This document shows, one piece after another, positions 63,640 to 64,000 of a stretch of DNA of 64,000 nucleotides. A model generated the notes under the pieces. That model ran no database searches, was not told the origin of the DNA, and saw only the letters and a list, made by a program, of their open reading frames with translations. The stretch covers positions 22,401,722 through 22,465,721 of the forward strand of contig OZ316896.1 in assembly GCA_973895155.1 (NCBI GenBank), given 5' to 3'. The stretch is from Marsupella aquatica (taxonomy: Eukaryota > Plantae > Marchantiophyta). Each line of letters opens with the position of its first letter. Position 1 is the stretch's first letter. A program made the position numbers and the translations under genes.

Positions 63640-64000
63640 CGGTGCTGCTCCTGGAGCTCAATCCCGACGCCCAACAAGCAAGCAGTAAAGAATCTGCACC
63701 ACCTCACCTCCTGCCCTAAATCACCTCTACCATTTCCAATTAAAGCGGCAAGTATAACACCGGACCGGAACCTGATCCACAAATCATCCTCATCACAAGC
63801 GTCCAATTGTCTCGCCAGTCGCCACTGTACTCACCGACCTAGTGACAGCACCTCCTCTTTTATTTCTTGTAACTTTCGGTACGGAATTCCCACCTGCTCT
63901 TGATGACGACGCCTTCCACTCATAGCCAACTGATTACCACTGGATCCGTTCCGTTCTAACGTCCAACCCTGACCGAGGCACGTACAATAATGCACAAGCG

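Overview
Eukaryotic land-plant genomic DNA, most likely a liverwort/bryophyte; this is inferred from the ARF protein sequence, not from a database search. Two complete intron-containing genes could be spliced by hand with GT..AG junctions and consistent reading frame. The first is a 14-exon class A auxin response factor (+, 42312-47900, 931 aa, MpARF1-like). The second is a convergent 7-exon CPA1/NHX-type Na+(K+)/H+ antiporter (-, 63639-59950, 556 aa) with motifs atypical for plant NHX. The first ~38.8 kb is a CpG-poor, gene-free stretch of transposon debris: PIF/Harbinger, MULE and TAGGG-terminal MITEs, an LTR, LINE remnants and local tandem duplications. The most notable observations concern ARF regulation: a CpG-rich ~2.2 kb leader with at least 11 upstream ORFs including an (ATG)6 run, a weak/strong dual start, and an intron inside the PB1 domain built from three 86-bp copies of its own 5' splice site. 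Two unexplained CpG-rich, promoter-like islands lie between the genes (49-51.4 kb and 53.2-54.3 kb). The latter carries two tandem bulged miR390-like sites, which is speculative. No rRNA, intact tRNA or CRISPR array was found.
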